Origin: Candidatus Moranbacteria bacterium CG_4_8_14_3_um_filter_41_13
Lineage (GTDB): Bacteria > Patescibacteriota > Minisyncoccia > Moranbacterales > UBA1568
DNA: 39,967 bases
Direction of reading: 5' to 3'
NCBI GenBank assembly: GCA_002782305.1
Contig: PFHN01000070.1
Span: 1-39,967 of the forward strand
This document shows, one piece after another, positions 18,630 through 28,217 of the stretch. The number at the start of each line of letters is the position of its first letter. Position 1 is the first letter of the stretch. The position numbers and the translations under genes were made by a program. Below the pieces are notes generated by a model. It was not told the DNA's origin and searched no databases. It saw nothing but the letters and a program-made list of their open reading frames with translations.

Positions 18630-20165
18630 TTATTTGATAAAAGATGATTTGCGACCGATGAGTACGAAAGCTACACCCACAAAAGTCATCATAATCACAA
18701 ACATCATAAGAAGAAACTGTGTCTTCGATTTCTCAAGAGGAGTAGTGTTCTTTTGTATTTCTTCTGCTGAAGCAGCGGAGGTTACTGGGACGATATCGAT
18801 AGCGTCAGCTGTTTTCACGAATGGAAGAGCGCGACTCTGCGAAGTGATTTTACCGACGTTATCTGTCACTGCCACATACACTTCATGATTTCCATCAGGA
18901 ATTTCTTTGTCAAGATCATAAGACCAATTACCCTCTGCATCGGTTTTCACGGTTACAACAATCGGGTCACTGAAGATATACAGTGTCACGAAGATATTTG
19001 GTAAGGCTTTTCCTGAGAAACGAGCCATTTTTTTTGTAGAAATCTTTTCTTCTTGAGTATTGTTTGTTTCACCTTTTTGTTCCGAAGTAATATCTACGGT
19101 AGCTATAGCCACTGAATTCACAACGAAGTTCGTGTCCACTACTGAAGCAGAGGTATTCTTATCAGGTGATGCAAAAGCAATTTTATCACTCTTGTCTCCA
19201 GGTGAGAATTTGAGTGGATCAAAACCGTTCTTTACTTCATCTCCATCGAGGAATCCATCCCCATCAGAATCAGCCAAGAGAGGATTGGTACCGAGACGGA
19301 CTTCTTCTTTATCTGGGATATTATCATTGTCGGTATCTGCTTCAGACTTTTCAAATTTCTTCTTCTCTTCTGGAGCCAGTTTTTCTATTTTTGTTTCTAC
19401 AAGGATAGTTTTTTTCTTCCCTTCTACGATGGTACCATCTTCTTGATACAGCTTTGTTTTCAAATCATAAGTACCATTCGGAAGAGTACTACTCGCATCC
19501 ACTGTGAGATTAAAATGACCCGCTTCGTTTTGATCAGCTGTACCTAAGTAGGTTGGCAACACAACATTTGAAGAATCTGTAGTATCTGTTTTTACTTCAG
19601 CTGGTTTTGTTTTAGACGATTGCTTCGCAGGTTCAGCATAATATTCAACTTTCTTTGTCGCAGAATCGGTCTTCGTAACAATATCAACTTTTTGCTCTTC
19701 TGTTTTATTAGACGTTACCTTCGTTTCAGTATTTTGCGCTAATTCCTCAGCTTTTTTCTGCGCCTCTGCTTTCTGTCGAGCTTCTTCTACTCGTTTATTT
19801 GCTTCAGCAATCTGTTGTCTCTTTTCTTCAGCACTCTTCTGTGATGCTGCAATTCGATTCCTTTCTTCTTCTGCTTTCTTCTCTGCATCCACTTTTTTCT
19901 GTTCTTCTTCATCTGCTTTCTTTTTTGCTTCTGCTTCTTTTTTAGCCACCTGTTCAGCTACTTTCGCTTTATACTCAGCTATTTTTTTTGCCAAATCCGA
20001 AGAGGAATGATTATCTTCTTCATTATCTCTTTCACGATTGTTATATTGATTATTGTAATCCTTTTTATTATCTTGATTGTCCTTATTATATCCTGCAAAA
20101 GCAACCCCGACACTCAAAAGAGAGAGAGTGAGAATAGCAATTACTAATCCTGATTTTTTAAACAT
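18630..20165 (-). CDS. Secreted, C-terminally anchored surface protein: K/E/A-rich coiled coil, thrombospondin type-3-like Ca-binding repeats and an Ig-like domain
   Basis: Signal peptide MFKKSGLVIAILTLSLLSVGVAFA, KKEAEAKKKADEEEQKK... region, DTDNDNIPD and DSDGDGFLDGDE repeats, and a C-terminal TM helix with basic tail (GRKSSFIK). Confidence 0.7.
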   Translation of the reverse strand: MFKKSGLVIAILTLSLLSVGVAFAGYNKDNQDNKKDYNNQYNNRERDNEEDNHSSSDLAKKIAEYKAKVAEQVAKKEAEAKKKADEEEQKKVDAEKKAEEERNRIAASQKSAEEKRQQIAEANKRVEEARQKAEAQKKAEELAQNTETKVTSNKTEEQKVDIVTKTDSATKKVEYYAEPAKQSSKTKPAEVKTDTTDSSNVVLPTYLGTADQNEAGHFNLTVDASSTLPNGTYDLKTKLYQEDGTIVEGKKKTILVETKIEKLAPEEKKKFEKSEADTDNDNIPDKEEVRLGTNPLLADSDGDGFLDGDEVKNGFDPLKFSPGDKSDKIAFASPDKNTSASVVDTNFVVNSVAIATVDITSEQKGETNNTQEEKISTKKMARFSGKALPNIFVTLYIFSDPIVVTVKTDAEGNWSYDLDKEIPDGNHEVYVAVTDNVGKITSQSRALPFVKTADAIDIVPVTSAASAEEIQKNTTPLEKSKTQFLLMMFVIMMTFVGVAFVLIGRKSSFIK

Positions 20166-20192
20166 ATTTTTATTTTATAAATGAAAACCTAC

Positions 20193-20696
20193 TTACATTA
20201 TACGTGATAAAAAATAAAGCGCAATACCTCCTGCTACCGAAACATTGAGAGAATTCTTCTTCCCATACATTGGGAGCTCTATAATAGCATCACACTGTTT
20301 CAAAATACTCTTATCAATACCTTTCACTTCATTGCCAACAACGAGCGCACTATTTTTCTTGGTACTATATTCTTCATAATAAATACTGTTTTCAGTTTGT
20401 TCAAGAGCAACAATATCAAACGCTTCTTTGTGAAGTCTCTCTGCCACACTCGAGAATGACTTTACTCTTTCCCAAGCAATTGTTTGTTCTGCTCCCAGAG
20501 CTGTTTTTATGAGTGCCTTTTCAGCCTTTGTCAGATAACTTGTCCCTTGTATTGCGGGTGCTGGGGTATAGCCTGAAAGGAAAATACGTTCCACTCCTGC
20601 TCCATCAGCCGTACGAAAAAGAGCGCCCACATTGTGAGCACTGCGGACATTATGGATAATCAGAATGAGTCTTTTTGTTCTTTGTTCACGTGACAT
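20193..20696 (-). CDS. SpoU/TrmH-family RNA 2'-O-methyltransferase
   Basis: 167 aa with NVRSAHNVGALFRTADGAG ... LVVGNEVKGI ... SLNVSVAGGIALY motifs. Confidence 0.85.
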   Translation of the reverse strand: MSREQRTKRLILIIHNVRSAHNVGALFRTADGAGVERIFLSGYTPAPAIQGTSYLTKAEKALIKTALGAEQTIAWERVKSFSSVAERLHKEAFDIVALEQTENSIYYEEYSTKKNSALVVGNEVKGIDKSILKQCDAIIELPMYGKKNSLNVSVAGGIALYFLSRIM

Positions 20697-20720
20697 AACG
20701 GATTATTAGCAATCTATGTT

Positions 20721-21752
20721 TTATCTATGTTCCAAGAAAAGCTCTTTGCCTGTTTCCCATACATCAGGAGCATTTTTCTTTTCTTTCATCCAGTACCACC
20801 ACTCCCCACCCCAAAGATAGACTTCAGGGAAGCCAACCCGTTTGGCATATTCGACATTTTCCCTCAGCTTCACCGCATTCATCGTACGCGACTGCTCTTC
20901 GAGTGACATATCTGCCACCCAGCCCGATGCCCACGGTTCTGCCTGAAGCTCAATCACCGAAAGATGAGTTTGATTGGTGAAGGTGCGTACTATCCACGCT
21001 TTTGTGCGAAAGAAATTCGGCCCAATAGGATAACGGAGGTATCCGCCGACATTTTTACTATAAATATCACGATACATCGTTGTGCCAAATTCATCCCCTC
21101 TGCTCGCTGGTCCGTACCAGAGAGATAGTTCTCCACTATCGGTAAGAAGGATCGGACGTGATGCATCGGTAGCCTTGGCAAAAGCCACTTCTTGTTCCAA
21201 AAAATGTACATCAAAAGGTGGGCAAATACCAAATGGCAAAAATGGCTCATTCTCTATCTGCCATTTCACAATCGTCTTTTCATCTTTATACCGTGTTATC
21301 GTCTTACCAATAAAATGAAGGATACCCTGTTTTCGCACTTGATCATTCTCATTTGCCCACTCCGGAATATGACATTCTGGCCATCTCGGCACTTTGAGTC
21401 CAATAGTGAGAATAATATCAGCATCATATTTCTTCGCCTCTGCTATTTGCCAATCGATATCTGCATAGTCGTACACACCTTTTTCTTTTTCAGCAAGATC
21501 CCAGTACACAGGGAGACGGAGATGTTTCACGCCGATATCATCCAAAAGTGCCAGATATGTCTGATGCCAATCAAGTCCAAGGTCACTGGCATAGCGAGAT
21601 GAGAATGTCATACCCAGCTTCACATCTTCGCGCGGATCAGGTCCAGGAAGATTGAAATATCCGAAAAGGAGGAGGAGTCCCACCAGGATACTTCCGAAGA
21701 CAAAGGCGAGGATTTTCAACAGGTGTTTAAAATGAGAAAAGAAGGTGATCAT
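20721..21752 (-). CDS. Membrane-anchored clan GH-A-like glycoside hydrolase (TIM barrel; GH5/GH42-like)
   Basis: N-terminal TM. WDLAEKEKGVYDYADIDWQIAEAKKYDADIILTIG, WQIENEPF (candidate acid/base) and ELQAEPW (candidate nucleophile). Start at ATG 21752 overlaps the upstream stop (ATGA). Confidence 0.55.
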   Translation of the reverse strand: MITFFSHFKHLLKILAFVFGSILVGLLLLFGYFNLPGPDPREDVKLGMTFSSRYASDLGLDWHQTYLALLDDIGVKHLRLPVYWDLAEKEKGVYDYADIDWQIAEAKKYDADIILTIGLKVPRWPECHIPEWANENDQVRKQGILHFIGKTITRYKDEKTIVKWQIENEPFLPFGICPPFDVHFLEQEVAFAKATDASRPILLTDSGELSLWYGPASRGDEFGTTMYRDIYSKNVGGYLRYPIGPNFFRTKAWIVRTFTNQTHLSVIELQAEPWASGWVADMSLEEQSRTMNAVKLRENVEYAKRVGFPEVYLWGGEWWYWMKEKKNAPDVWETGKELFLEHR

Positions 21753-22690
21753 AAAGCAGAAAATGTTACTCCATTCACAGAGGCAAGCCAGAGGCCAATG
21801 CCGATGAGTATGATAGCACAAAACTTCTGAAACCAGTCCCAGAAAGAAAGTTTCTCACCAAAAATATGTGGGAAACGAACAGAAAGAGGAAGAGCAATAA
21901 TGAGAAGAAAGACGTACTGCATACCAGAGAGGGCCTGCACGAAAGAAACCGACCCAAGAAAAGCCGAATAAGAGATGAGGAAAGTAGCTAAGCCCGCGAG
22001 TATTTTATTCACCACAAAAGCCAGTCCTGCGTACGCGTTTTTCTTCGAGGCAACGGTTTGATCTTTCGTTCCTCCGAGTATTTGCGCCCTCCACTGCGGA
22101 AAGAGAAGGAGACTCAGTCCGCCAAGAAACATTCCAATATGTGACCATACGAGACCGTTCACAAAGCTCCCCTCCTTGTATCCATACTTGAGAAGAAGGA
22201 GATAGAAAGCCATTAGTGCACCGGCAAAGAAGACAAAACGTGAGATGTGTTCACCTTTCCGCAAAGGAAGATCAAAAGAAATAAGGAGTCCACCTCCGAT
22301 AAGGAGAAACAAAGCAAGAATGTGCTGAAAAGAAAATGAAGTTTCTACAAAGGTTTCCGGAATAATCATCGCCACACCAAAGGTCACCAAAGAAATTACC
22401 ATACCTACAAGAGGTGAAATACGGGAAATTTCATTCTCCTGAACGGCCATATAGAACGCAAGTAGACCATAGAGAAAAAAAATACCAGCCAAAAGAAAAA
22501 TACCCGTTACATAAAGACCGAAGAAGCGCAGATCAAAAGGCACGAAGAGGATCGTAAACAAACCAAAAACAGATACAAAAAAAGCATACACCGATGGTGT
22601 TTTGATAGGACCAGAGAGAATATATTTATCCAGTATCGCAGCAAGAGCACTGCATAAGTATCCGAGGAGAGCAATAACAATCCATGACAT
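21749..22690 (-). CDS. Polytopic membrane protein, DMT/EamA-like transporter (about 10 TM)
   Basis: 313 aa, hydrophobic throughout, with a two-fold repeat of 5-TM units. The family call is tentative. Confidence 0.5.
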   Translation of the reverse strand: MSWIVIALLGYLCSALAAILDKYILSGPIKTPSVYAFFVSVFGLFTILFVPFDLRFFGLYVTGIFLLAGIFFLYGLLAFYMAVQENEISRISPLVGMVISLVTFGVAMIIPETFVETSFSFQHILALFLLIGGGLLISFDLPLRKGEHISRFVFFAGALMAFYLLLLKYGYKEGSFVNGLVWSHIGMFLGGLSLLLFPQWRAQILGGTKDQTVASKKNAYAGLAFVVNKILAGLATFLISYSAFLGSVSFVQALSGMQYVFLLIIALPLSVRFPHIFGEKLSFWDWFQKFCAIILIGIGLWLASVNGVTFSAL

Positions 22691-22754
22691 AAAATTCTTT
22701 TTTTATTTTTCAAAAGATAACGCTTCTTCTTTTATAGTATACCATACCAGGAAC

Positions 22755-22786
22755 AAAAAAACCGCCCACAGAAAATCTGCTGGCGG
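22755..22786 (-). terminator. Intrinsic terminator after paralog B of the Cys-rich exported pair
   Basis: Minus strand CCGCCAGCAG-N5-CTGTGGGCGG (two mismatches) followed by TTTTTTT. Confidence 0.6.
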
Positions 22787-22812
22787 AAAAGTAAGTTCTA
22801 TATCACCAATTC

Positions 22813-23640
22813 TTACTTATCAAGATAAGTGATAGATTGCGGGACAATCTGATTGTAATAGAAGGCGACATCACTGATCCATTTCCTGACACTTTCGTCA
22901 CTGTGACCGGCACAGCTCGAGCCACACTTCCAAATAATCATATTTTTCGGTTCACTGGTCTGTTTCTTTTCCACCAGCTGTTTCAGTCGATTCCCGACTG
23001 CTTGTACGGCTTCTTCTCCACTTCCGAAGCATCCATGTCCCATCTCAACCCCGCGTGTCCCTGCTCCCTTGTATCCCCAATAATTAAAGCAGTCCTTTCC
23101 TGCTCCATCGACAGGCACCCTCTTCCCCCAATCGCTTTCCTTCTTGGCAATACCTACGATAAGTCCTGCAATTTCGCGATCATACGTCGCGATAGTTTTC
23201 GTCATATCCAAAATAGGATATCCATCTGTGAGCGTACTGATTTGCTTTTCTAACTCATTATCATAAACCTTCACACTTTTCTCTGACGTAAGTGAAGCAA
23301 TATCTAGGATCTTCATTTCACAAGGTATGGTTGTCTGAAGAATATTTTTCTTATGCGATTGCAAAGAAAGAAACTGCGTCACATCTTCTTGCCAATAACA
23401 ACTTTCATTTTGATCTTTTGTTGATACTGTCTGTATCGAAAGACCACCTTCGTACGCTCTATTTTCTGCCTCACTTCGCGATACAAAAAAGAACACAGAA
23501 AGTGAAAATACGAAAATGAAAAAAGCTCCTTTTTGGACAAAAGAAGATTTTGTATACAATAATCGAAATGGTAAGAGGTATTTTTCTGTATATAAACTAC
23601 TGAAATCAACCTTCATAGAGTATCTGTTCCCAAACCGCAA
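22813..23640 (-). CDS. Exported protein with a conserved 4-Cys C-terminal domain (paralog B), unknown family
   Basis: N-terminal signal/anchor. The C-terminal domain GIAKKESDWGKRVPV...DCFNYWGYKG...GHGCF...MIIWKCGSSCAGHSDESVRKWISDV aligns along its length with 23830..24834. Confidence 0.6.
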   Translation of the reverse strand: MRFGNRYSMKVDFSSLYTEKYLLPFRLLYTKSSFVQKGAFFIFVFSLSVFFFVSRSEAENRAYEGGLSIQTVSTKDQNESCYWQEDVTQFLSLQSHKKNILQTTIPCEMKILDIASLTSEKSVKVYDNELEKQISTLTDGYPILDMTKTIATYDREIAGLIVGIAKKESDWGKRVPVDGAGKDCFNYWGYKGAGTRGVEMGHGCFGSGEEAVQAVGNRLKQLVEKKQTSEPKNMIIWKCGSSCAGHSDESVRKWISDVAFYYNQIVPQSITYLDK

Positions 23641-23783
23641 TCATAACTCTCAATTGCTCCTGAAACAGTATTAAGGATTAAGGCCTCGTTTTCTTTTTCC
23701 CTATAAAAGAAGTGACAAAAAACCTTTAAAGAACGTAAGTCTAAGCATACTCAATTTTCCATTTTTCGTCAACCTCTGAAAAC

Positions 23784-23809
23784 AAAAAATCCCTTAAGTA
23801 AGGGATTTT
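23784..23809 (-). terminator. Intrinsic terminator after paralog A
   Basis: ATCCCTT-AAGT-AAGGGAT flanked by A and T runs, about 20 nt after the stop of 23830..24834. Confidence 0.65.
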
Positions 23810-23829
23810 AAAAGAAAAATAACTTGTTT

Positions 23830-24834
23830 TTATCGGACAGGAATAGGTTCTTCCAAATCATCACCACCTGCCATACTGAAATACATATCAACATCAGCTA
23901 TCCACTTTTTGACACTTTCTCTGCTGTGACCATTACAACTGAAACCACATTTCCAAATAATCATCTTTTCTGGTGTATTGAGCTCCTCTGAATGCACAAG
24001 AGTATTGATACGCTTGGCAACCGTTGTGACAGCATCTTCACGACTATTGAAGCACGTATGTCCACCTGTTCCCATCAGTCTTCTGACTCCTCGATACCCC
24101 CAATAGTTGAAACAATCCTGATCATCAAGTACTGGTACTCTCTTCCCCCAGTTGCTTTCTTTTTTGGCAATACCTATAAGAAAGGCCATTGTTAGCCTAT
24201 CCTGCTCAAAAATATATGAGAGCATCGCTTCAATAGGATAACCTTTGACCATTTCCCTTATATTGTCTTTATATTTTTCATCCTCAGCCTCATTGAAATA
24301 TTCGAAGAAAATATCAGCACCACTATTGTAGGTTATATCATCAGCATTGAAAGTGTTTTGTACCGAAGAAGCAGAGGCTTCGGTTACAGAAGAGGATCGG
24401 TCCACAGTAGAAGCGCGTACGAAAACCCCTGGCCCAAAGAATGTCTCTACAAAACCCATCGAAACAACACCAAATATCACACCAAGTGTCAGTGAAGCAT
24501 AAAGCCGTTTGTGAGGAGCAATATCAGGAATCAATCTGCTTGTAGTTCGTCTAACTGAACGTACAAAAAGTTCTCCCTTACGAATGAACGTCCAGAAAAT
24601 ATCTCTAGAAGAATGTGTCCTCAATTGTTTGAGTAAGGGCTTCCTCTTGGTACGAATACCATCAAGACATGACTGCTTTGGCAAAACAGGAAAAATATCC
24701 TTCTTCGTTCGCATAGGTGCAAAAGACTGATTCACACGAGTAGCTGTTTTCCGTGCATCAACGACATCCGACATTCTTTTCTGCCTTGAAAGAACGTAGA
24801 GTGGCTCATTTTGATATGAAGAAGAAGTTTTCAT
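23830..24834 (-). CDS. Type II membrane protein with the same 4-Cys C-terminal domain (paralog A), unknown family
   Basis: A basic cytoplasmic N-terminus of about 110 aa and one TM (LYASLTLGVIFGVVSMGFV). Then GIAKKESNWGKRVPV...DCFNYWGYRG...GHTCF...MIIWKCGFSCNGHSRESVKKWIADV. The start abuts the upstream stop (TAAATG). Confidence 0.6.
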   Translation of the reverse strand: MKTSSSYQNEPLYVLSRQKRMSDVVDARKTATRVNQSFAPMRTKKDIFPVLPKQSCLDGIRTKRKPLLKQLRTHSSRDIFWTFIRKGELFVRSVRRTTSRLIPDIAPHKRLYASLTLGVIFGVVSMGFVETFFGPGVFVRASTVDRSSSVTEASASSVQNTFNADDITYNSGADIFFEYFNEAEDEKYKDNIREMVKGYPIEAMLSYIFEQDRLTMAFLIGIAKKESNWGKRVPVLDDQDCFNYWGYRGVRRLMGTGGHTCFNSREDAVTTVAKRINTLVHSEELNTPEKMIIWKCGFSCNGHSRESVKKWIADVDMYFSMAGGDDLEEPIPVR

Positions 24835-25257
24835 TTATTCTGTTTTTGTTTCAGTCGGAATATCGCCCTCTATACCACTTTTTGCTTTGAAAAAACCAAT
24901 GACATCTGGTTCGCCTACATAACACTTTCCATCGCCACCGTAGAGGAATGGCACACCCATACCTTCTGATTTGATATCGCATACTTTTGCTCTTCGTTCC
25001 ATCTCTTTTGCATTGGCTCTATCCCCCCACACTTCTTTCTTTTCGAACGAAACCTTTTCCGCTACTTGTGGGTTGGCTTCTAGAAAGTCGTTTACCACCT
25101 TGCAGTGTGGACAACCTTCACCATAATAATAGACAATGGCATTTGGATCATCGACAATCTGGGATGATTTGCCATCTTCCAGTCCGAAATAAATAATGCC
25201 TGCAATAAGAAACAGGAGAGTTCCTGCAAACAGCATCATTTTTTTGTCAAATACCAT
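24835..25257 (-). CDS. Membrane-anchored thioredoxin-fold protein (CPHC active site; glutaredoxin/Dsb-like)
   Basis: N-terminal TM, YYYGEGCPHCKVVNDFL and a cis-Pro context GVPFLY. 140 aa. Confidence 0.75.
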   Translation of the reverse strand: MVFDKKMMLFAGTLLFLIAGIIYFGLEDGKSSQIVDDPNAIVYYYGEGCPHCKVVNDFLEANPQVAEKVSFEKKEVWGDRANAKEMERRAKVCDIKSEGMGVPFLYGGDGKCYVGEPDVIGFFKAKSGIEGDIPTETKTE

Positions 25258-25272
25258 ACAGGAAAAATATTA

Positions 25273-26124
25273 TCAATTTACCTGTTTCATTATAGCATAA
25301 TTTTTCTTTCTGAGCCAGAGAAAGAGCAGAAGAGAGAAGAGAAACATCAAAAGAGAAAGGATTTGCCCAAGGGAAAAATATCCATTCACAAGAAGTCCTA
25401 TCTGAGGATCTGGTTCTCTCAAATATTCGAGTACAAAACGGATACCTGCATAAAGAGCCAAAAAGAGAATACTGAGTGCTCCTGCAAAAGGCATTTTCTT
25501 TCGAACGAAGATGACTACAAGAAAGAGTACAATACCTTCAAAAAAAGATTCATAGAGAGATGAGGGGTGCCTCAGGACATATGGAGAGGGTGCATAAGAG
25601 AAAAACATACCCCACACTTTCTCGGTTGTTCTGCCCCATAGCTCTCCATTAAAGAAATTACCCAAGCGACCAAAAAAAAGTGCTGGAGGAAGGACAAGAG
25701 AAATAAGATCAGTAGTACGCCAGAAAGACCACTTTTCCTTCTTTGTGAAGAAGAAGAGCATAAGTATTCCCCCAATCAGACCTCCATGAAAGCTCATTCC
25801 TGCCATACCTACCCAAAGATGTCTTTCGAAATCATACGGGGAGAGAAAAGCAAGCGGAGAAGAAAGAAAGAGTGGAAAATTATACAGAAGAATATATCCG
25901 ACTTTCGCTCCTATCACAGCTCCGAGAAAAAGCGTCAAAAATAAATCAACGAGTTTCTCTTGTGGGAAGGAAAGATGATCCCTCTGAATGAAAAAAAATG
26001 CAACAGATAAAGAAAGAAAGAAACCTCCGATGAAAAAAAGAGCATACCAATAAATCGAAATAAAACCGACCGTAAAAGCGATCGGCTGTATTGTTTGAGG
26101 AAGATTCTGCCACCAGATGATCAT
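25273..26124 (-). CDS. lgt: Prolipoprotein diacylglyceryl transferase
   Basis: 283 aa, polytopic, with Lgt signature GRLGNFFNGELWGR and HPSSLYES. Confidence 0.92.
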   Translation of the reverse strand: MIIWWQNLPQTIQPIAFTVGFISIYWYALFFIGGFFLSLSVAFFFIQRDHLSFPQEKLVDLFLTLFLGAVIGAKVGYILLYNFPLFLSSPLAFLSPYDFERHLWVGMAGMSFHGGLIGGILMLFFFTKKEKWSFWRTTDLISLVLPPALFFGRLGNFFNGELWGRTTEKVWGMFFSYAPSPYVLRHPSSLYESFFEGIVLFLVVIFVRKKMPFAGALSILFLALYAGIRFVLEYLREPDPQIGLLVNGYFSLGQILSLLMFLFSLLLFLWLRKKNYAIMKQVN

Positions 26125-26136
26125 ACACTGTTTTCT

Positions 26137-27195
26137 CTATTCATTATACTCTTTCAATTGATCTCGAAATTCAATCGTGTAAATTTCTCCGAGTGCCAAG
26201 AAGAGAGACACAATAATCGGACCTATAATGAAACCAAAAAGACCAAAAAGAGAGATGCCACCAAGCGTAGAAAAAAGAACAAGGAGAGGATGCATTTCCG
26301 TATCTTTACCAACAAGTTTTGGACGGAGGAAATTGTCCATCATCGAAATAATGCCAAAACCAACAGAAAGGATGAATATGCCTTGCCAAATGTGACCAAT
26401 GAGAAGTAAAATAATCCCTGCAGGAAGCCAAACAATACCAGATCCAAGTATTGGAATGATTGAACAAAGTACCATAACAAATCCCCAAATAATCGGAGAT
26501 GGTACCCCAGCAATAAAAAAGGTTACTCCTCCAAGAAGCCCTTGAAAAATACCAATGATAATTGTCCCTTTGAGAGTAGCTCTACTAATAGAAATAAACC
26601 TCTTAATAAGGAGTTTGTCATGTTCGTCTTTAAGAGGACTTAATTTCATGATATGAGCAAGCATTGTTTTCCCATCGATGAGAAAATAAAATAATGCAAA
26701 AAACATAATGAAAAGCCAAAAGAGAAAACTGGTAATACCTTGATAAGCGGTTTGCAAAAGTCCAAGAGCATTCTGACTGAATTGCTGAATATCTGTCATA
26801 ATGCGTTCTTGATTGAACGTCTGTGTATCAAGAAATAAACGAAGATATGGTATGTGTTGCACTCTCTCAACAAGAGAGTGAATAATGTTCTCAAGCGTAG
26901 AACCTTCACTGAGAATATGGTATAAATTCGTTGCTTCACCAATAGCAAAACTGAGTGTGAGAAAGATTGGTCCAACAACCACAAAAAAAACAAGTACACA
27001 GGTAAAAAAGGCGCTTGTTCCCTTCCATCCATGTGTCAAATGTTCTAATTTGAAATATAGTTTCTTAAATAAAGTCGCAACGATAGTGGCAGCAATAATA
27101 GCAGTGAGAAATGGCTGTAAGATGAAAAAAACGAGTACTCCTACAAGAAGGAGAAGAAGGAAAAAGAAATAAACGTTGAGTGATTTGAGTTGCAT
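26137..27195 (-). CDS. AI-2E family transporter (PerM/UPF0118)
   Basis: 352 aa with 7-8 TM and the typical ...LATLGGISLFGLFGFIIGPII C-terminal region. Confidence 0.8.
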   Translation of the reverse strand: MQLKSLNVYFFFLLLLLVGVLVFFILQPFLTAIIAATIVATLFKKLYFKLEHLTHGWKGTSAFFTCVLVFFVVVGPIFLTLSFAIGEATNLYHILSEGSTLENIIHSLVERVQHIPYLRLFLDTQTFNQERIMTDIQQFSQNALGLLQTAYQGITSFLFWLFIMFFALFYFLIDGKTMLAHIMKLSPLKDEHDKLLIKRFISISRATLKGTIIIGIFQGLLGGVTFFIAGVPSPIIWGFVMVLCSIIPILGSGIVWLPAGIILLLIGHIWQGIFILSVGFGIISMMDNFLRPKLVGKDTEMHPLLVLFSTLGGISLFGLFGFIIGPIIVSLFLALGEIYTIEFRDQLKEYNE

Positions 27196-27199
27196 AGAA

Positions 27200-28213
27200 T
27201 TATATGTTTAATATATGTACATTATACACTTCAACCGCTTTTTTCGGAAATACACTAAAATGAGGCTCGCCTAAGAGAATCTGAGCATTAACGAAGAGGA
27301 CTGGTTCATCCAAAATGATATTTTTCTTGTGTGGTGGACGAACAGAAAGCGTGAGGTTATACTTCTCACGAAAATATTTCTTGATACCTGCTCTCGTATT
27401 GTATCCGGATGATATAATAAACGGCCGAAAACTTTTCTTCTGCGAAGAATAGTATTTCTGATGCTTCTCGTGAAGAAAAACGTATACCTCTGCTTTCTTC
27501 CAATCAATCTTTTTCGTCTTTTCTCCTTTTTCTTTTTTATCACTTATCTTGTATCTCTTATCTTGTCTCTCCTTCTCTCCCTTCTCCACATAATAGACAC
27601 ATTTATTTCGGAGCATACAGGCTTCACATTTCGGACGAGCAAGACAAAGACTCGATCCAAAGTCCATCAGTGCTCCATTGAGCACCTTTCTTTGCATCTG
27701 AAACACCTCTTCCCAAATACCCTCATCGACGATGAGATGTTTTCCCCCGAGGAAGAATCGTCCAATAACTCTTCTTAAGTTTGTATCCCATGCCAGATGA
27801 TTATCGTTATACGCGAAACTCAAAATCGCTGATGCTGTATAGGGTCCGATACCCGGTAAGGTTTCCAAAAGTTTTTTCTCACGAGGAAACTGTCCCTGAT
27901 ATTTCATCACGACTTCCTTCGCTGTACGGAGCATATTTCGGCCACGGGTGTAATACCCGAGACCCTCATAATAAGGGAGAAATTCTTCCCAAGTCGCTTC
28001 AGAGAGAGACTCTACTTCAGGGAAACGTTTCAGAAACCGTGTGTAGTATTCCATCACACGATTGACCTGTGTCTGCTGAAGCATTATTTCTGATACCCAG
28101 ACTTCGTAGGCGGTGATATTTTGCTTGCGCCATGGTAAATATTCTCTTCCTGCCTTCTCTGAAAAGTCTGCGATTTTTTCTTCGAAAAATGCTCTGTTTT
28201 TTTTCTGTACCAT
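27200..28213 (-). CDS. mutY: A/G-specific adenine DNA glycosylase
   Basis: HhH-GPD core (VWVSEIMLQQTQVNRV, LPGIGPYTASAILSFA) and a 4Fe-4S loop CLARPKCEACMLRNKC. A Lys-rich linker precedes a divergent C-terminal domain. Confidence 0.85.
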   Translation of the reverse strand: MVQKKNRAFFEEKIADFSEKAGREYLPWRKQNITAYEVWVSEIMLQQTQVNRVMEYYTRFLKRFPEVESLSEATWEEFLPYYEGLGYYTRGRNMLRTAKEVVMKYQGQFPREKKLLETLPGIGPYTASAILSFAYNDNHLAWDTNLRRVIGRFFLGGKHLIVDEGIWEEVFQMQRKVLNGALMDFGSSLCLARPKCEACMLRNKCVYYVEKGEKERQDKRYKISDKKEKGEKTKKIDWKKAEVYVFLHEKHQKYYSSQKKSFRPFIISSGYNTRAGIKKYFREKYNLTLSVRPPHKKNIILDEPVLFVNAQILLGEPHFSVFPKKAVEVYNVHILNI

Positions 28214-28217
28214 ATAC

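Noticed and set aside
21749-21752. Possible alternative genetic code (UGA recoded), as in some candidate-phyla lineages
   Set aside because: TGA terminates well-conserved proteins at their normal lengths. It also forms classic ATGA stop/start overlaps at 21749..21752, 29315..29318 and 7609..7612. No conserved protein shows an in-frame TGA.
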